DNA of 64,000 nt. Source: Lentisphaeraceae bacterium (GTDB lineage Bacteria > Verrucomicrobiota > Kiritimatiellia > RFP12 > UBA1067). Where the stretch lies: the NCBI GenBank assembly GCA_004551905.1, contig SFPL01000092.1:1371-65370 (forward strand). The letters are read 5' to 3'. The position numbers and the translations under genes were made by a program. Positions 47,263 through 56,036 of this stretch are shown piece by piece. Positions within the stretch are counted from its first letter, which is position 1. Each line of letters opens with the position of its first letter. Under the pieces are notes generated by a model. It was not told the origin of the DNA, did no database searches, and worked only from the letters and a program-made list of their open reading frames with translations.

Positions 47263-48308
47263 TCGCCGCGCTGATCGCCGCTGCCTGCACCTGCACCTTC
47301 TCCGCCACGGCAACCGGCTTGGAGAAGGGGGCGCCGGTGGAGTTTTTCCTTGCCGCACAGGACTCCGACAACGCCTACGAGACGATGTTCCTCGTCGACG
47401 ATTCTATCGAGGAATTTTGCCGCAAGATCGAGTCCGCCGGCATCCCGCGCGGCAAGGCAGAGTCGGTCAACAACTGCATCCTCTGGCCCGTAGGGTGTCC
47501 GGTGAAAATTGAACCCGCGATTTCTAATTTCATTGCCACCACCATGCCGCCCGGGCTTTCGCTTGGCGACATCATCTACACCGGTGGCTTGCGCGACGTG
47601 AAGGGGAGTCCAGTTGCCTCCACCAAGCAGCCGTGCGCGGCATTTGCGTTCTATTCGCTTGGACAGTCTCCGCTCGTCTTTGACGGCATCTATCCCCAGG
47701 GCGACGTCTACAACGCCCATGTCGCCGCCAAGACGCTGAAGAAGGGCGACAAGGTCAAGTTCACCCTTTCCTGGGACGGCTCCGCCCGCCCCAAGCCGGT
47801 TTCCATCTCCCTCGCACCAGGAACCATTGCCTCCGATCTTAAGCGGCTCAAGGAAGAATCGGCTGACGGCAGGACCCTCGACGTAAAAGTTGACCTTTCC
47901 CCCGAGCTCACGGTCGGCGAGTCCATTGCCGCCGCCCAGGCGCTCGCAATAGTCGATTCCAACAAGGTGAAGATCAACGGATGTGATCCCCACAAGCTCT
48001 TCTACCGCGCCTTTCTGCCGCTCGAAAAATGGTCCGACCGCACCGAACGTCTCGTGCAGCCTTTTGAGCTGACGGTCACCAACGACGTCGACCGGCTCGT
48101 CTACATCGAACAGGACTGGTCAGGCGATGAACTTGACCCGCGGCTTACACCTCGCGAGATCGACTTTGCCAAGGCTGAACATTTCTCAGCTGTTCATACC
48201 TGCTTCATCTACGCTTCTCGTTCTCAGAAGCTTAAGCGACTGTATGAGGCCATGAACAAGCTTAAAAACCTTCGTATCGACAGCTGGTACGTATTTCCCA
48301 TCAACTAA
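47259..48308 (+). CDS. Hypothetical protein
   Basis: 349-aa ORF overlapping the upstream stop by 4 nt. Coding-like composition. No family recognised. Confidence 0.5.
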   Translation: MIAALIAAACTCTFSATATGLEKGAPVEFFLAAQDSDNAYETMFLVDDSIEEFCRKIESAGIPRGKAESVNNCILWPVGCPVKIEPAISNFIATTMPPGLSLGDIIYTGGLRDVKGSPVASTKQPCAAFAFYSLGQSPLVFDGIYPQGDVYNAHVAAKTLKKGDKVKFTLSWDGSARPKPVSISLAPGTIASDLKRLKEESADGRTLDVKVDLSPELTVGESIAAAQALAIVDSNKVKINGCDPHKLFYRAFLPLEKWSDRTERLVQPFELTVTNDVDRLVYIEQDWSGDELDPRLTPREIDFAKAEHFSAVHTCFIYASRSQKLKRLYEAMNKLKNLRIDSWYVFPIN

Positions 48309-48318
48309 CCATAGTTTA

Positions 48319-48324
48319 CATAAT
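48319..48324 (+). promoter_or_regulatory. -10-like CATAAT, 7 nt before ATG 48332
   Basis: AT-rich 23-nt intergenic spacer. No SD. Confidence 0.35.
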
Positions 48325-48331
48325 CTATCTT

Positions 48332-49327
48332 ATGCGCAAATACGACATGAACGACATTGAAAACGACATTCCGCAGAATGCCGTCAGCGTCTATGGTTCG
48401 GATTCGACGATGGACGAGTTTCCGATCCTCAAGGCATTCCAGGAATACATCAACGCCGAACAGGCCAAGGCGCGCAAGCGCATCACCGCGCTGGCGGTGT
48501 TCTTCGGCGTGCTGCTGATTGCAATCCTCGCCATCTTCATGACGCTGCTCGTGAAGTCCTACAACGACAATCAGCACCTCAACGACAGACTTGTCGATTT
48601 TATGCAGAAGGAACGCGAGCGATCCGACAAGGAGCACTCCGAGCGCGAGCGCGCCGCCGCCGAGGCCGCCGCAAGGCCATCGCGCGACAGCGCGGCGGTT
48701 ATAGAGCTGACCAAGAAGATCGAGACTCTCCAGGAGAAAATCTATAACACCCAGCGTAAGGCAGACGAAGCGGAGCGTGCTCTGGTCGAAAAAGAAAAGC
48801 TGATGGCCGAGAAGGACAAGCAGGCCGCCGAGGCGCTGAAAAAGGCGATTGAGGACGCGAAGCCGAAGGGACCAACTCCGGAGGAGCAGGAAATCGCCCG
48901 CCTTAAGTCCCTTCTCGCCGCCGAAAAGCGGAAACAGGCAGCCGCAGTCGAGAAGGAGCGCCGCCGACAGGCGGAGCTTGAGGAATACCGCCGCAAGCAC
49001 TATCCGCAGCACTATCAGCGCCAGACAACCCCTTCCCGCCCTTCCCGCACGCTGACAATCGGTAACCTCGACACCTCTGCACTGCCGCGTTATGACGAGG
49101 ATTACGACGATCTGCCGGACGAAGATACGGCGATCAGCTACTACGATGACGAGGACGAGGCCCCGGCCACCCCCGCCAAGAAGAAGTCAGTCTCCCCTTC
49201 CAAGCCTAAGCCCGCCGCAAAGGCGCCAGCCAAAACTGCGCCCAAAGCGGAACCAGAGGAGAAGTTCTCCATCCCCGTAGAGGTCAAGAAGAGCGACATC
49301 TCCGTCTGGGATATCCCGGAATACTAA
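48332..49327 (+). CDS. Hypothetical single-pass membrane coiled-coil protein with Pro/Ala/Lys-rich tail
   Basis: TM ALAVFFGVLLIAILAIFMTLLV, long E/K/A-rich helix, acidic DEDYDD stretch. ATG lies 7 nt after CATAAT. Confidence 0.5.
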   Translation: MRKYDMNDIENDIPQNAVSVYGSDSTMDEFPILKAFQEYINAEQAKARKRITALAVFFGVLLIAILAIFMTLLVKSYNDNQHLNDRLVDFMQKERERSDKEHSERERAAAEAAARPSRDSAAVIELTKKIETLQEKIYNTQRKADEAERALVEKEKLMAEKDKQAAEALKKAIEDAKPKGPTPEEQEIARLKSLLAAEKRKQAAAVEKERRRQAELEEYRRKHYPQHYQRQTTPSRPSRTLTIGNLDTSALPRYDEDYDDLPDEDTAISYYDDEDEAPATPAKKKSVSPSKPKPAAKAPAKTAPKAEPEEKFSIPVEVKKSDISVWDIPEY

Positions 49328-49368
49328 GGCGTCGCCAACCATCCCGGAGACTTGGGGATGCGACGCCT
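49327..49368. terminator. Long imperfect hairpin between convergent genes (possible bidirectional terminator)
   Basis: AGGCGTCGC...CATCCC-GGAGACTT-GGGGATG-CGACGCCT. No U-tract. Confidence 0.35.
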
Positions 49369-49391
49369 CGCCGATCTCATCCTCGCCGGTT

Positions 49392-50912
49392 TTAGCGGAA
49401 GGTGAAGACGGATCCGGGGAAGTGGGTCATCGTGGCCCACGGAGTATTGCCGTAGCCGCCCAAGTTGACGCGCCTGCCGTGCCAGCCGTTGTTGGTGTCT
49501 GGCTCTTCGGAATAGTCACTCCTCGGATCGCCGGCGTCGATGGCCGGGGACTGCCCCGCCACCTTCTTGACATAGTCACGAACCAACGCCCCGGTATTCT
49601 CGTCGAAGTAGCCGCAGCCGCCGCGCAGGTGGCAGTTGTAGTCAACGACCTGGCCAAATGTTGGCACGGGCTTGGACCAGCTCCAGCTCCAGTTCGTCGG
49701 CAGGGCGCGCGGCATCGTGGCCCCTTCTGGCGACTTGACCTGCGCCATCACCGTGTTCGTCGGAGTCACGAGAAGCGGATCCCCGTATATGCAGTGGGTG
49801 CCGATCTTAAGCGATCCCGCCGTCGTTTCGGAGACGCAGATCGTGCTGCCATCCTCCTCGGGAACGGCGAAGAGGCAGTAGTCCACGGTCGCCGTCGCGT
49901 CGGCCGCGACGCGCAGATCGGCCGCCGCCGTCGCGTTCACCTTGGCGAGGTTGCCGTAGAAGATGCAGTTCGTAACCGCCGTCGCGCCCCTCACGCAGTT
50001 AAGCCCGTGCGAAACGTTGTAGGCAAAGGTGCAGTTCTCGACCAGCGCCGTATCGGTGGCGTTGTCCAGTTTCACCGACAGGACACCCGAGCCGCCGCCG
50101 TAGTTGCCAACGAAGCTGCAACGCCGGAAAACGCTGCCGGAGCAGTTGCCGTGGACATCCGCGATGCCTTCCGCATAATGCCCGTAGAACGAGCATCCGT
50201 CGACCGTGGCGCGCGTGTTGTAGACGTGAAGCGCCGCCATGCTGGCGCGGGAGCTGTCGAAGTTGCGCATCATGTAGTTGGTGACGAACGAGCAGCGGTA
50301 GATGTCCGCGCCGCCGCCGAAGCTACCGACGTAGAGTCCGCCGCCAAAACCGCCGCTGCCGCCTTTGGAGTCGATGATGTTCCCCTCGAACCGGCAATCG
50401 ACAACCGTTGCCTTGGCACTGCCGCTGCCGTAGAGGCCCGCGCCGCCGCCGCCATACTTGTAGTTTTCGTTGGAGTTCCCCTGGCCGTCCCAGTTGCCGT
50501 GGCCTATCGTGCAGCCGTAGAAGACGCAGTTTGTGAGCGTCACATCGCCGGCGGAGGGTGTCTTCTTCAGCCCTCGATACTTACCACGAAGGAACTCGAT
50601 TGAGTCGATGGTGATGCTCTGGGTATTGCTGAAGTTGAAGGTGTCGAAGTTGTTCTTACCGTCAATCACCGACCTATACCCCTCTGGGCGCTCAGACAGC
50701 GCGCACTCAACGCCCGTGAAACCGCCGCGGATCACCACTGAGAATGTGAACTCCTTCGTCGGGATTGTCTCGGTCACGATGTTCGTGCCGGCGATCCAGA
50801 TCTCGTTCTTGAGCGTCGAAGCCGCCGCGAGCGCGTCGGGCCACGACGCGAAGGCGTCGGTCCAGCTCGTGCCGTCGTTCCTGCCGATTGCGCCCGGACG
50901 CACGTGAATCAC
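49392..50912 (-). CDS. Beta-helix (pectate-lyase-like) repeat protein, third segment of the interrupted giant surface-protein frame
   Basis: GTG start 7 codons after an in-frame TAG. No signal peptide. Module is paralogous to residues in the 1304-aa ORF (DGTSWTDAF...EIWIAGTN...DAGDPRSDYSEEP...NLGGYGNT). Confidence 0.55.
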   Translation of the reverse strand: MIHVRPGAIGRNDGTSWTDAFASWPDALAAASTLKNEIWIAGTNIVTETIPTKEFTFSVVIRGGFTGVECALSERPEGYRSVIDGKNNFDTFNFSNTQSITIDSIEFLRGKYRGLKKTPSAGDVTLTNCVFYGCTIGHGNWDGQGNSNENYKYGGGGAGLYGSGSAKATVVDCRFEGNIIDSKGGSGGFGGGLYVGSFGGGADIYRCSFVTNYMMRNFDSSRASMAALHVYNTRATVDGCSFYGHYAEGIADVHGNCSGSVFRRCSFVGNYGGGSGVLSVKLDNATDTALVENCTFAYNVSHGLNCVRGATAVTNCIFYGNLAKVNATAAADLRVAADATATVDYCLFAVPEEDGSTICVSETTAGSLKIGTHCIYGDPLLVTPTNTVMAQVKSPEGATMPRALPTNWSWSWSKPVPTFGQVVDYNCHLRGGCGYFDENTGALVRDYVKKVAGQSPAIDAGDPRSDYSEEPDTNNGWHGRRVNLGGYGNTPWATMTHFPGSVFTFR

Positions 50913-50933
50913 GTTGTCCGGACCCTTCTTGCC

Positions 50934-53900
50934 CTACCACGGCGGAAGCGTCCCCGAAACGATGGAACTCGCCGTCGCCGACTCGCTCATCTGGCCCGCG
51001 CCCTCCACCGCAACCTTCACCTGGATTGTGTCGCCGGGGACATAGTAGGCGGGGACCTGGAAGATCTTGGTCTGCCCGTTTATGAGACCGCCGAGCGTGC
51101 CGGAGACGTCCACCCAAGTCACGCCGCCGTCCGTAGAAATGTAAATCGTGCCGCGCGCGATGTAGGAGCCGCTGCCGCCCATTGTGAAGGAAATGGTCGG
51201 CATCGTGTAACCGTCAGGGTTGTCCCAGGCGACCGTTGGCGCGCCGACGACGGCAGGCGAGGCGGACGGCGTGCGCGACGCCTGCTCGGTGTTGCCGTAG
51301 CGGCCGAGGTTGACGCAGCCGCCGTTGGGCGCGCTCTCGCGCGAGAAGTCGCTCTCGGGATCGCCCGCGTCTATCGCCAGAGAGCGGACACCCGCCGCGG
51401 CATAGTGGATGTGGCCTTCGGAGTCGAAATAGCCCGCATCGGAAAGGAGGTGGCAATCGTTCGCCGCCGCGAAGAGCGGATCGCCGTAGACCATCGAGTC
51501 TCCGAACTTCGACGCGCCGTTGACGAACGAACAGGTCGCGCCAGTGTCGTCCGCGAGGAGCGTGTAGTCGATGTCGAACGCTGAGTTGGCGCTGTCAGCG
51601 AAGTCGACTTCGTTCCCGAAGAAGATCGAGTTGCGGACAACGATCTGGCCATTGACGCCCTTCACGCCCGCGCAGCCGCCAGCGGTGGCATTGGCGTTCG
51701 CCGTGAAGGTGCAGTTGGCGATCTCGGAGCGCCCCTCGAGCGTGTAATGCTCGATCATCACCGCCGCGCCGTTCGCGCCGTCCGTCTGGTTGCCGCGGAA
51801 GAGGCAGTTCTCGATTGTGTTCGGCGCGTTGCTGCCCGACGCGCGCACCGTGCCGTAAGTCGCGTCGCTGCCGATGTTGCCGATGAAGTCGCACTCCTTG
51901 AGTTCAACCGCCGAGTTGTTCGCGAAGATCGCGCTCGTCTTCACCTTCGACGAGGTCGCGAGCGTGTTACCGGCGAAAAGCGAGTTCTCGACCGAGACGC
52001 GCCGCGTGAGGTAGGAATAGATCGACGCCGCTCCGTCCGCCTCGTCCGTCGAGAAGTTGTTCTTGAAGACGCTGTTCTTCGCATAAAGCGCGCCCTGATC
52101 ATAAGGCGACTTGTCGAGGCCTTGCACATAAAGCGCGTTGCCGTTCTCCTCGAAGACGCAGTCGTCGATGAAGACGTCGCCGGCCCAGCCAGTCTTGGAG
52201 ACCGCCCTTGCCGGCGAGCCGCGGAAGTGAAGATGCTCGAAAAACACGTTGCAGCAGTCCCTGAAGACCACGGCGGAGAACTGGCCGTCGCCGTCGATAA
52301 TGGAGTATGCGCCATCCTCGCGTTCCTCGATCGTCGATTCCGTCCCCTTGAAGCCGCCGCGGAAAATCTTGTTGCCGTAGAATGTCTGCGTAACCGCCGC
52401 GGCAGAGAGCACGTTCGAGCCGGCGATCCAGATTTCGCTGTTGGCGTGCGAAGCGGCGGCGAGGTTAAGCGCCGTCGAGAAATCGACCGCGTCCGCCCAC
52501 GAGGTGCCGCCGTTCTCCGGCAGGCCGTCCGGCTTCACATAGATGGGCGTTCCGAGGCGGAAGTTCGCGCCCGCGACGCCGTGGTGTCTCCCGAGCCCCC
52601 TCGCCGCAACATAGCCGTTGCCGTGCTTCTGTGCAACCGTGCTGTAGTCCAGCGCGCTGCCGGCGGAATTGTTCGCGCCGTAGAAGAGCTCGTAGTCGAC
52701 GCCTTCCGTGAGGATGTTGCCTTCGTCGTCACGGACGACGACCGGCGGCCGCACCTGATCCTCTCCGAAATACGGATAGCACTTCTCGACTTCGATATTA
52801 AGGTCGGTGTCGGAGGTGATGGAGATGTTGTCGAAGAGCGAAAAGCAGTTGCCAAACGAGCCGACCGAGTTGTTAATAACCTTGAGCGTGTATATTCCGT
52901 CCTCTGCAACGGTGAAGTCGGTCTGCACCGTGTGCCATGACGTTCCGTAGATGCGCATTTCGTTGGTGACGGAGCAGAGCGACTGCGCGACGTTGTTCGA
53001 GTTGACAAGCTGCCAGGTTTGAATCGTGTGATCCGTCGCTGCCGCCGCATGCTCGAACGTCAGCGTGTAGTTGCCGGCGGGAATGGCGAGCCCTGCCTGG
53101 AAAAAGATATTGCCCTGATACGAGCTCAGATAATGGTATCCGCGCCGGTCGCTCGTCGTTGAATGAACACCCAGCTGGGCACGGTCATTAACCCGGTTCC
53201 AGCTCGCCGACATGAATGTCCTCCAAGCGGAGCCGTCATGGAAATTTCCAGCCCCCTCCTCAACGCCGGGGTCGGCGTTGAGGGCGCGCGTGACGTCGAT
53301 TTTCTTGAGCATTTGCAGTTTCGCCGCGACTGGCGCCTCGGCGGTGAAGTTGACGGTGAAGTTGTCGGCGGAGCGCGGCGCGCCGTCCGGCAGGCCGTGC
53401 CACTCGATCGCCTCCTCGCCAGCCACCGGCGTGTAGACGATCGACACCTTGTCGCCGACACTCACCCATTCGCTCGCGCCGCCGCCGTTGATGGAGAACG
53501 TGCCCTCACCATGCAGCGCGCGGAGGTCGATCAGCACCTCTACCTTGCCGCTCGTCGCGTTCCAGCGCATGTCGGACGAGTTGAACGCCTCCTCCGGCGC
53601 AACGCCTTCATAGCGCACCTTGTCCACCGCGGCGTTGTAGGCGATTTCCTGACTCGTGAGCGGACAGTCGTAGAGCCTGATCGAATAGAGCCGCCCCTCG
53701 AAGTTGTAGCGTGATTCGCTTTCGCCGCCGATCGAGGCCCGCGTAAAGGTGTAGATCCAGTCGATGCCGGCTTGCGACTTGGTGGTGGAGATGCCGGTGG
53801 TGCGCCTGACGCCGTTCTCGTAGAACAGCATCGGGGCGTCGCTCGCGGAGCTGGCGGCACCATAGACGACGGCAATGTCGCGGACGTTCGCGTCTGGATT

Positions 53901-54848
53901 GGTCATTCCCGTCAGGACGGCGCGGTTCGCGTTGTTCTGGTGATGGAACCAGAGCTGGTTCAGGGCGAAATACCAGACAACGCGGTTCCAGGCGTAGCCG
54001 GAGACAAACGGCATGCCGCGGCGCGCCTTGTCGCTGCGGTACTTGATCTCCATCGTGAGGTACTGGCCCGTCTTGCCCGCGGCGGCACCGGCAAAGCCAT
54101 GCGTCTGAAGGAACCCGCCGCCCCAGTCTGCGCGGTCTGTGAGCGTAAAATCGAGTCCGCCCTTGAGGTCCTTCCAAGTCGCGGCGGCAGGGTCGAATGT
54201 GCCAGTCCCGACATTGTCTATGGCGTCCCAGTGGTTCATCAGCCCGTGCTGGACATAGGCGGTCGCGGGCATTGCGGGAGCCGCCGGCGCGGCGTAGATT
54301 GCGAACGTGTTGGTGACGACGCCCCTGTACGCGCCAATGCCAGAAACAATCGCCTTGCCAGTTCCTACCGCGGCATTGTTCTCGTAGGAAACGGTGTAGT
54401 CGACGTCCTTCACCAGCAGCGCGGTGCCGGTGTGGTTGGAGACGACGACCGACGGCTCGAGCGCGGCGCCGGAGTAGAACTGGTTGGGAATCCGCGCGAC
54501 GGCGATGTCCGTCTCGTAAGGCCCTGCGATGAACGCCCCCGTGCCGACATTCTTGAAGAAGGTGTCGGTCACGAGATCCCAGAGCCCGATGACGCTGCCG
54601 CGGAGGACGGGAACGAAATCGCGGACAAGCACGCCGTCCTGCCAGATCTTGAACGAGTAGAGGGTGAGCTTTGACTTTGAGTTGCCGTTGTTGGTCGCGA
54701 AGATGTCGAGCTTGTTCGACCCGGTGTATGCGAGCGAGACCGTCTTCGTAACGGTGTTTCCGCCGAGGTTGAAGTGGCAGTTGTCCACAGCGTCGGTGCT
54801 GATGGAGATAAATCCGTCGACGCCGTTTTCGTACATCATCCCCAGCAC
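50934..54848 (-). CDS. Giant surface protein segment (jelly-roll remainder, LamG-like, Ig-like and beta-helix modules)
   Basis: 1304-aa ORF in the same frame as both neighbours. GRLYSIRLYDCPLTSQEI (LamG-like). Beta-helix module GGTSWADAV...EIWIAGSN...DAGDPESDFSRES...NLGRYGNT. Confidence 0.6.
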   Translation of the reverse strand: MLGMMYENGVDGFISISTDAVDNCHFNLGGNTVTKTVSLAYTGSNKLDIFATNNGNSKSKLTLYSFKIWQDGVLVRDFVPVLRGSVIGLWDLVTDTFFKNVGTGAFIAGPYETDIAVARIPNQFYSGAALEPSVVVSNHTGTALLVKDVDYTVSYENNAAVGTGKAIVSGIGAYRGVVTNTFAIYAAPAAPAMPATAYVQHGLMNHWDAIDNVGTGTFDPAAATWKDLKGGLDFTLTDRADWGGGFLQTHGFAGAAAGKTGQYLTMEIKYRSDKARRGMPFVSGYAWNRVVWYFALNQLWFHHQNNANRAVLTGMTNPDANVRDIAVVYGAASSASDAPMLFYENGVRRTTGISTTKSQAGIDWIYTFTRASIGGESESRYNFEGRLYSIRLYDCPLTSQEIAYNAAVDKVRYEGVAPEEAFNSSDMRWNATSGKVEVLIDLRALHGEGTFSINGGGASEWVSVGDKVSIVYTPVAGEEAIEWHGLPDGAPRSADNFTVNFTAEAPVAAKLQMLKKIDVTRALNADPGVEEGAGNFHDGSAWRTFMSASWNRVNDRAQLGVHSTTSDRRGYHYLSSYQGNIFFQAGLAIPAGNYTLTFEHAAAATDHTIQTWQLVNSNNVAQSLCSVTNEMRIYGTSWHTVQTDFTVAEDGIYTLKVINNSVGSFGNCFSLFDNISITSDTDLNIEVEKCYPYFGEDQVRPPVVVRDDEGNILTEGVDYELFYGANNSAGSALDYSTVAQKHGNGYVAARGLGRHHGVAGANFRLGTPIYVKPDGLPENGGTSWADAVDFSTALNLAAASHANSEIWIAGSNVLSAAAVTQTFYGNKIFRGGFKGTESTIEEREDGAYSIIDGDGQFSAVVFRDCCNVFFEHLHFRGSPARAVSKTGWAGDVFIDDCVFEENGNALYVQGLDKSPYDQGALYAKNSVFKNNFSTDEADGAASIYSYLTRRVSVENSLFAGNTLATSSKVKTSAIFANNSAVELKECDFIGNIGSDATYGTVRASGSNAPNTIENCLFRGNQTDGANGAAVMIEHYTLEGRSEIANCTFTANANATAGGCAGVKGVNGQIVVRNSIFFGNEVDFADSANSAFDIDYTLLADDTGATCSFVNGASKFGDSMVYGDPLFAAANDCHLLSDAGYFDSEGHIHYAAAGVRSLAIDAGDPESDFSRESAPNGGCVNLGRYGNTEQASRTPSASPAVVGAPTVAWDNPDGYTMPTISFTMGGSGSYIARGTIYISTDGGVTWVDVSGTLGGLINGQTKIFQVPAYYVPGDTIQVKVAVEGAGQMSESATASSIVSGTLPPW

Positions 54849-54869
54849 TTCCCCCGCGCCGCGGAAACT

Positions 54870-55907
54870 TTAGGTGTCGTTCTGAGACAGCTGGTAGGAG
54901 CTTGCCGTATTCCACGCCCCCGCGCCGAACCACGAGGTACCGTTCGCGCTGTTCGTGGTGTTGAAATGCATCTCGACGGCTGTCGTGGGACCAGGCACGA
55001 TTCCGGTGTCGATGTACTGCGTGCCGGTGGAGGTGATGGACTTGACGCGACGGTAGATGACGAAGGAGTTCGACGAGGACATGCCTTCAAGCGCGCTTCC
55101 GGCCTTGCCGGTCACGGTCACGGTGCACCGGTTGCCATCATAGGTATAGGCGACATCGAGCGGGGTCTCCACGGCCGAGGTTCCGCCCGGACCAAAAGTC
55201 CAGCTCGTGTCGTCCATATAGTTCGTGACCACGAAACCCGGCGCAGGCTGTTCGCCGAAAAGACTGACCTGGGAGGGGATCTTCAGCACCTTGATGTTAT
55301 ACGACGGCTCCTCGGTGAAGAGGAACTCGTCGCCCTCGGTATTCATGAACTTGCGCCACTGCTGATAGTTGCTGGTGGTGCAGGATGTAAGACCGTTCGT
55401 GTTCCAGGCAAGGCCGGCCGCAAGCTGGCTCGCGTTGTTGAACGGCGCAGTAGTCGGGCCCTTGCCGCCTGAACCGTTGCCGACGCGAAGGTCGATGCCG
55501 TAATAGCCGTCCGATTCAGGCGTGAAGCTGCCGGTCGGCACTTGGCTGAAGGCGGTGTTGTTGATCACTGTAACTTCGTTGCCGTCGAGATCGGTGATTC
55601 GGACCAGGCCGTTGTCATCGTAGTTCTTCACGAAGTAATAGGTGACGCCGCCCTTCATGAACATCAAACCCTTGTAGGCGTATGTCTGGTTGTCGCCCAT
55701 CGTATATGTCGTACCTTCGTAGGTGTAGCTGGAGGTGTGGGTCGAGGCCAGGAGCGCACCGGGCACGACAATGCCGCCGTCGCTTGGATCGTCAGTTGTA
55801 TTGAACGCCCCGGACAGGGCCTTCTGAAAAAGCCCTGGATCCGCGAACGCCGTCGCCGCGGCAAAAGCCGCTGCGAGACACACAAGACCAGACGCGAGTT
55901 TCTTCAT
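54870..55907 (-). CDS. Signal-peptide-bearing N-terminal segment of the giant surface protein (PA14-like domain plus first half of a jelly-roll domain)
   Basis: MKKLASGLVCLAAAFAAATAFA signal peptide. PA14-like YYFVKNYDDNGLVRIT...GYYGIDLRVGN. Ends at a TAA in the middle of the STGTQYIDTG... domain. gggag SD. Confidence 0.6.
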   Translation of the reverse strand: MKKLASGLVCLAAAFAAATAFADPGLFQKALSGAFNTTDDPSDGGIVVPGALLASTHTSSYTYEGTTYTMGDNQTYAYKGLMFMKGGVTYYFVKNYDDNGLVRITDLDGNEVTVINNTAFSQVPTGSFTPESDGYYGIDLRVGNGSGGKGPTTAPFNNASQLAAGLAWNTNGLTSCTTSNYQQWRKFMNTEGDEFLFTEEPSYNIKVLKIPSQVSLFGEQPAPGFVVTNYMDDTSWTFGPGGTSAVETPLDVAYTYDGNRCTVTVTGKAGSALEGMSSSNSFVIYRRVKSITSTGTQYIDTGIVPGPTTAVEMHFNTTNSANGTSWFGAGAWNTASSYQLSQNDT

Positions 55908-55969
55908 GGTGTTACTCCCTGAGTTATGTCATGAAAATAAAACAACATACTTTCAAACTTTACGGGTGA

Positions 55970-55978
55970 ATATTACCA
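55970..55978 (-). promoter_or_regulatory. Possible extended -10 (TGGTAATAT) of the giant surface-protein gene
   Basis: In an AT-rich 129-nt spacer. About 55-nt leader with gggag SD. Confidence 0.35.
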
Positions 55979-56036
55979 AATTTGCGGCAATTTGGCAACC
56001 CCCCACACAAAAATGACAGACGACATTCGGGAATTC

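Noticed and set aside
45220-47358. 712-aa minus-strand ORF
   Set aside because: It is a shadow ORF opposite the kinase C-terminus and the aminotransferase. Both plus-strand genes carry clear family motifs.
50934-54872. Stop-codon reassignment (TAA/TAG read as sense) as explanation for the in-frame stops
   Set aside because: TAA and TAG terminate conserved genes at their expected C-termini elsewhere in the window (metY ends with TAA; the acyl-CoA ligase and tsaE end with TAG).
51747-54933. Long alternative-frame ORFs (51747-52940 +, 53608-54933 -, 53772-54674 +) inside the giant surface-protein gene
   Set aside because: Their Arg/Gly-rich translations carry no motifs, whereas the chosen frame gives recognisable PA14/LamG/beta-helix modules.
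55975-56036. Rho-independent terminator downstream of the phosphofructokinase gene
   Set aside because: Only a 7-bp AT-rich stem (CCAAATT-GCCGCA-AATTTGG) is present, without a U-tract, which is too weak to call.
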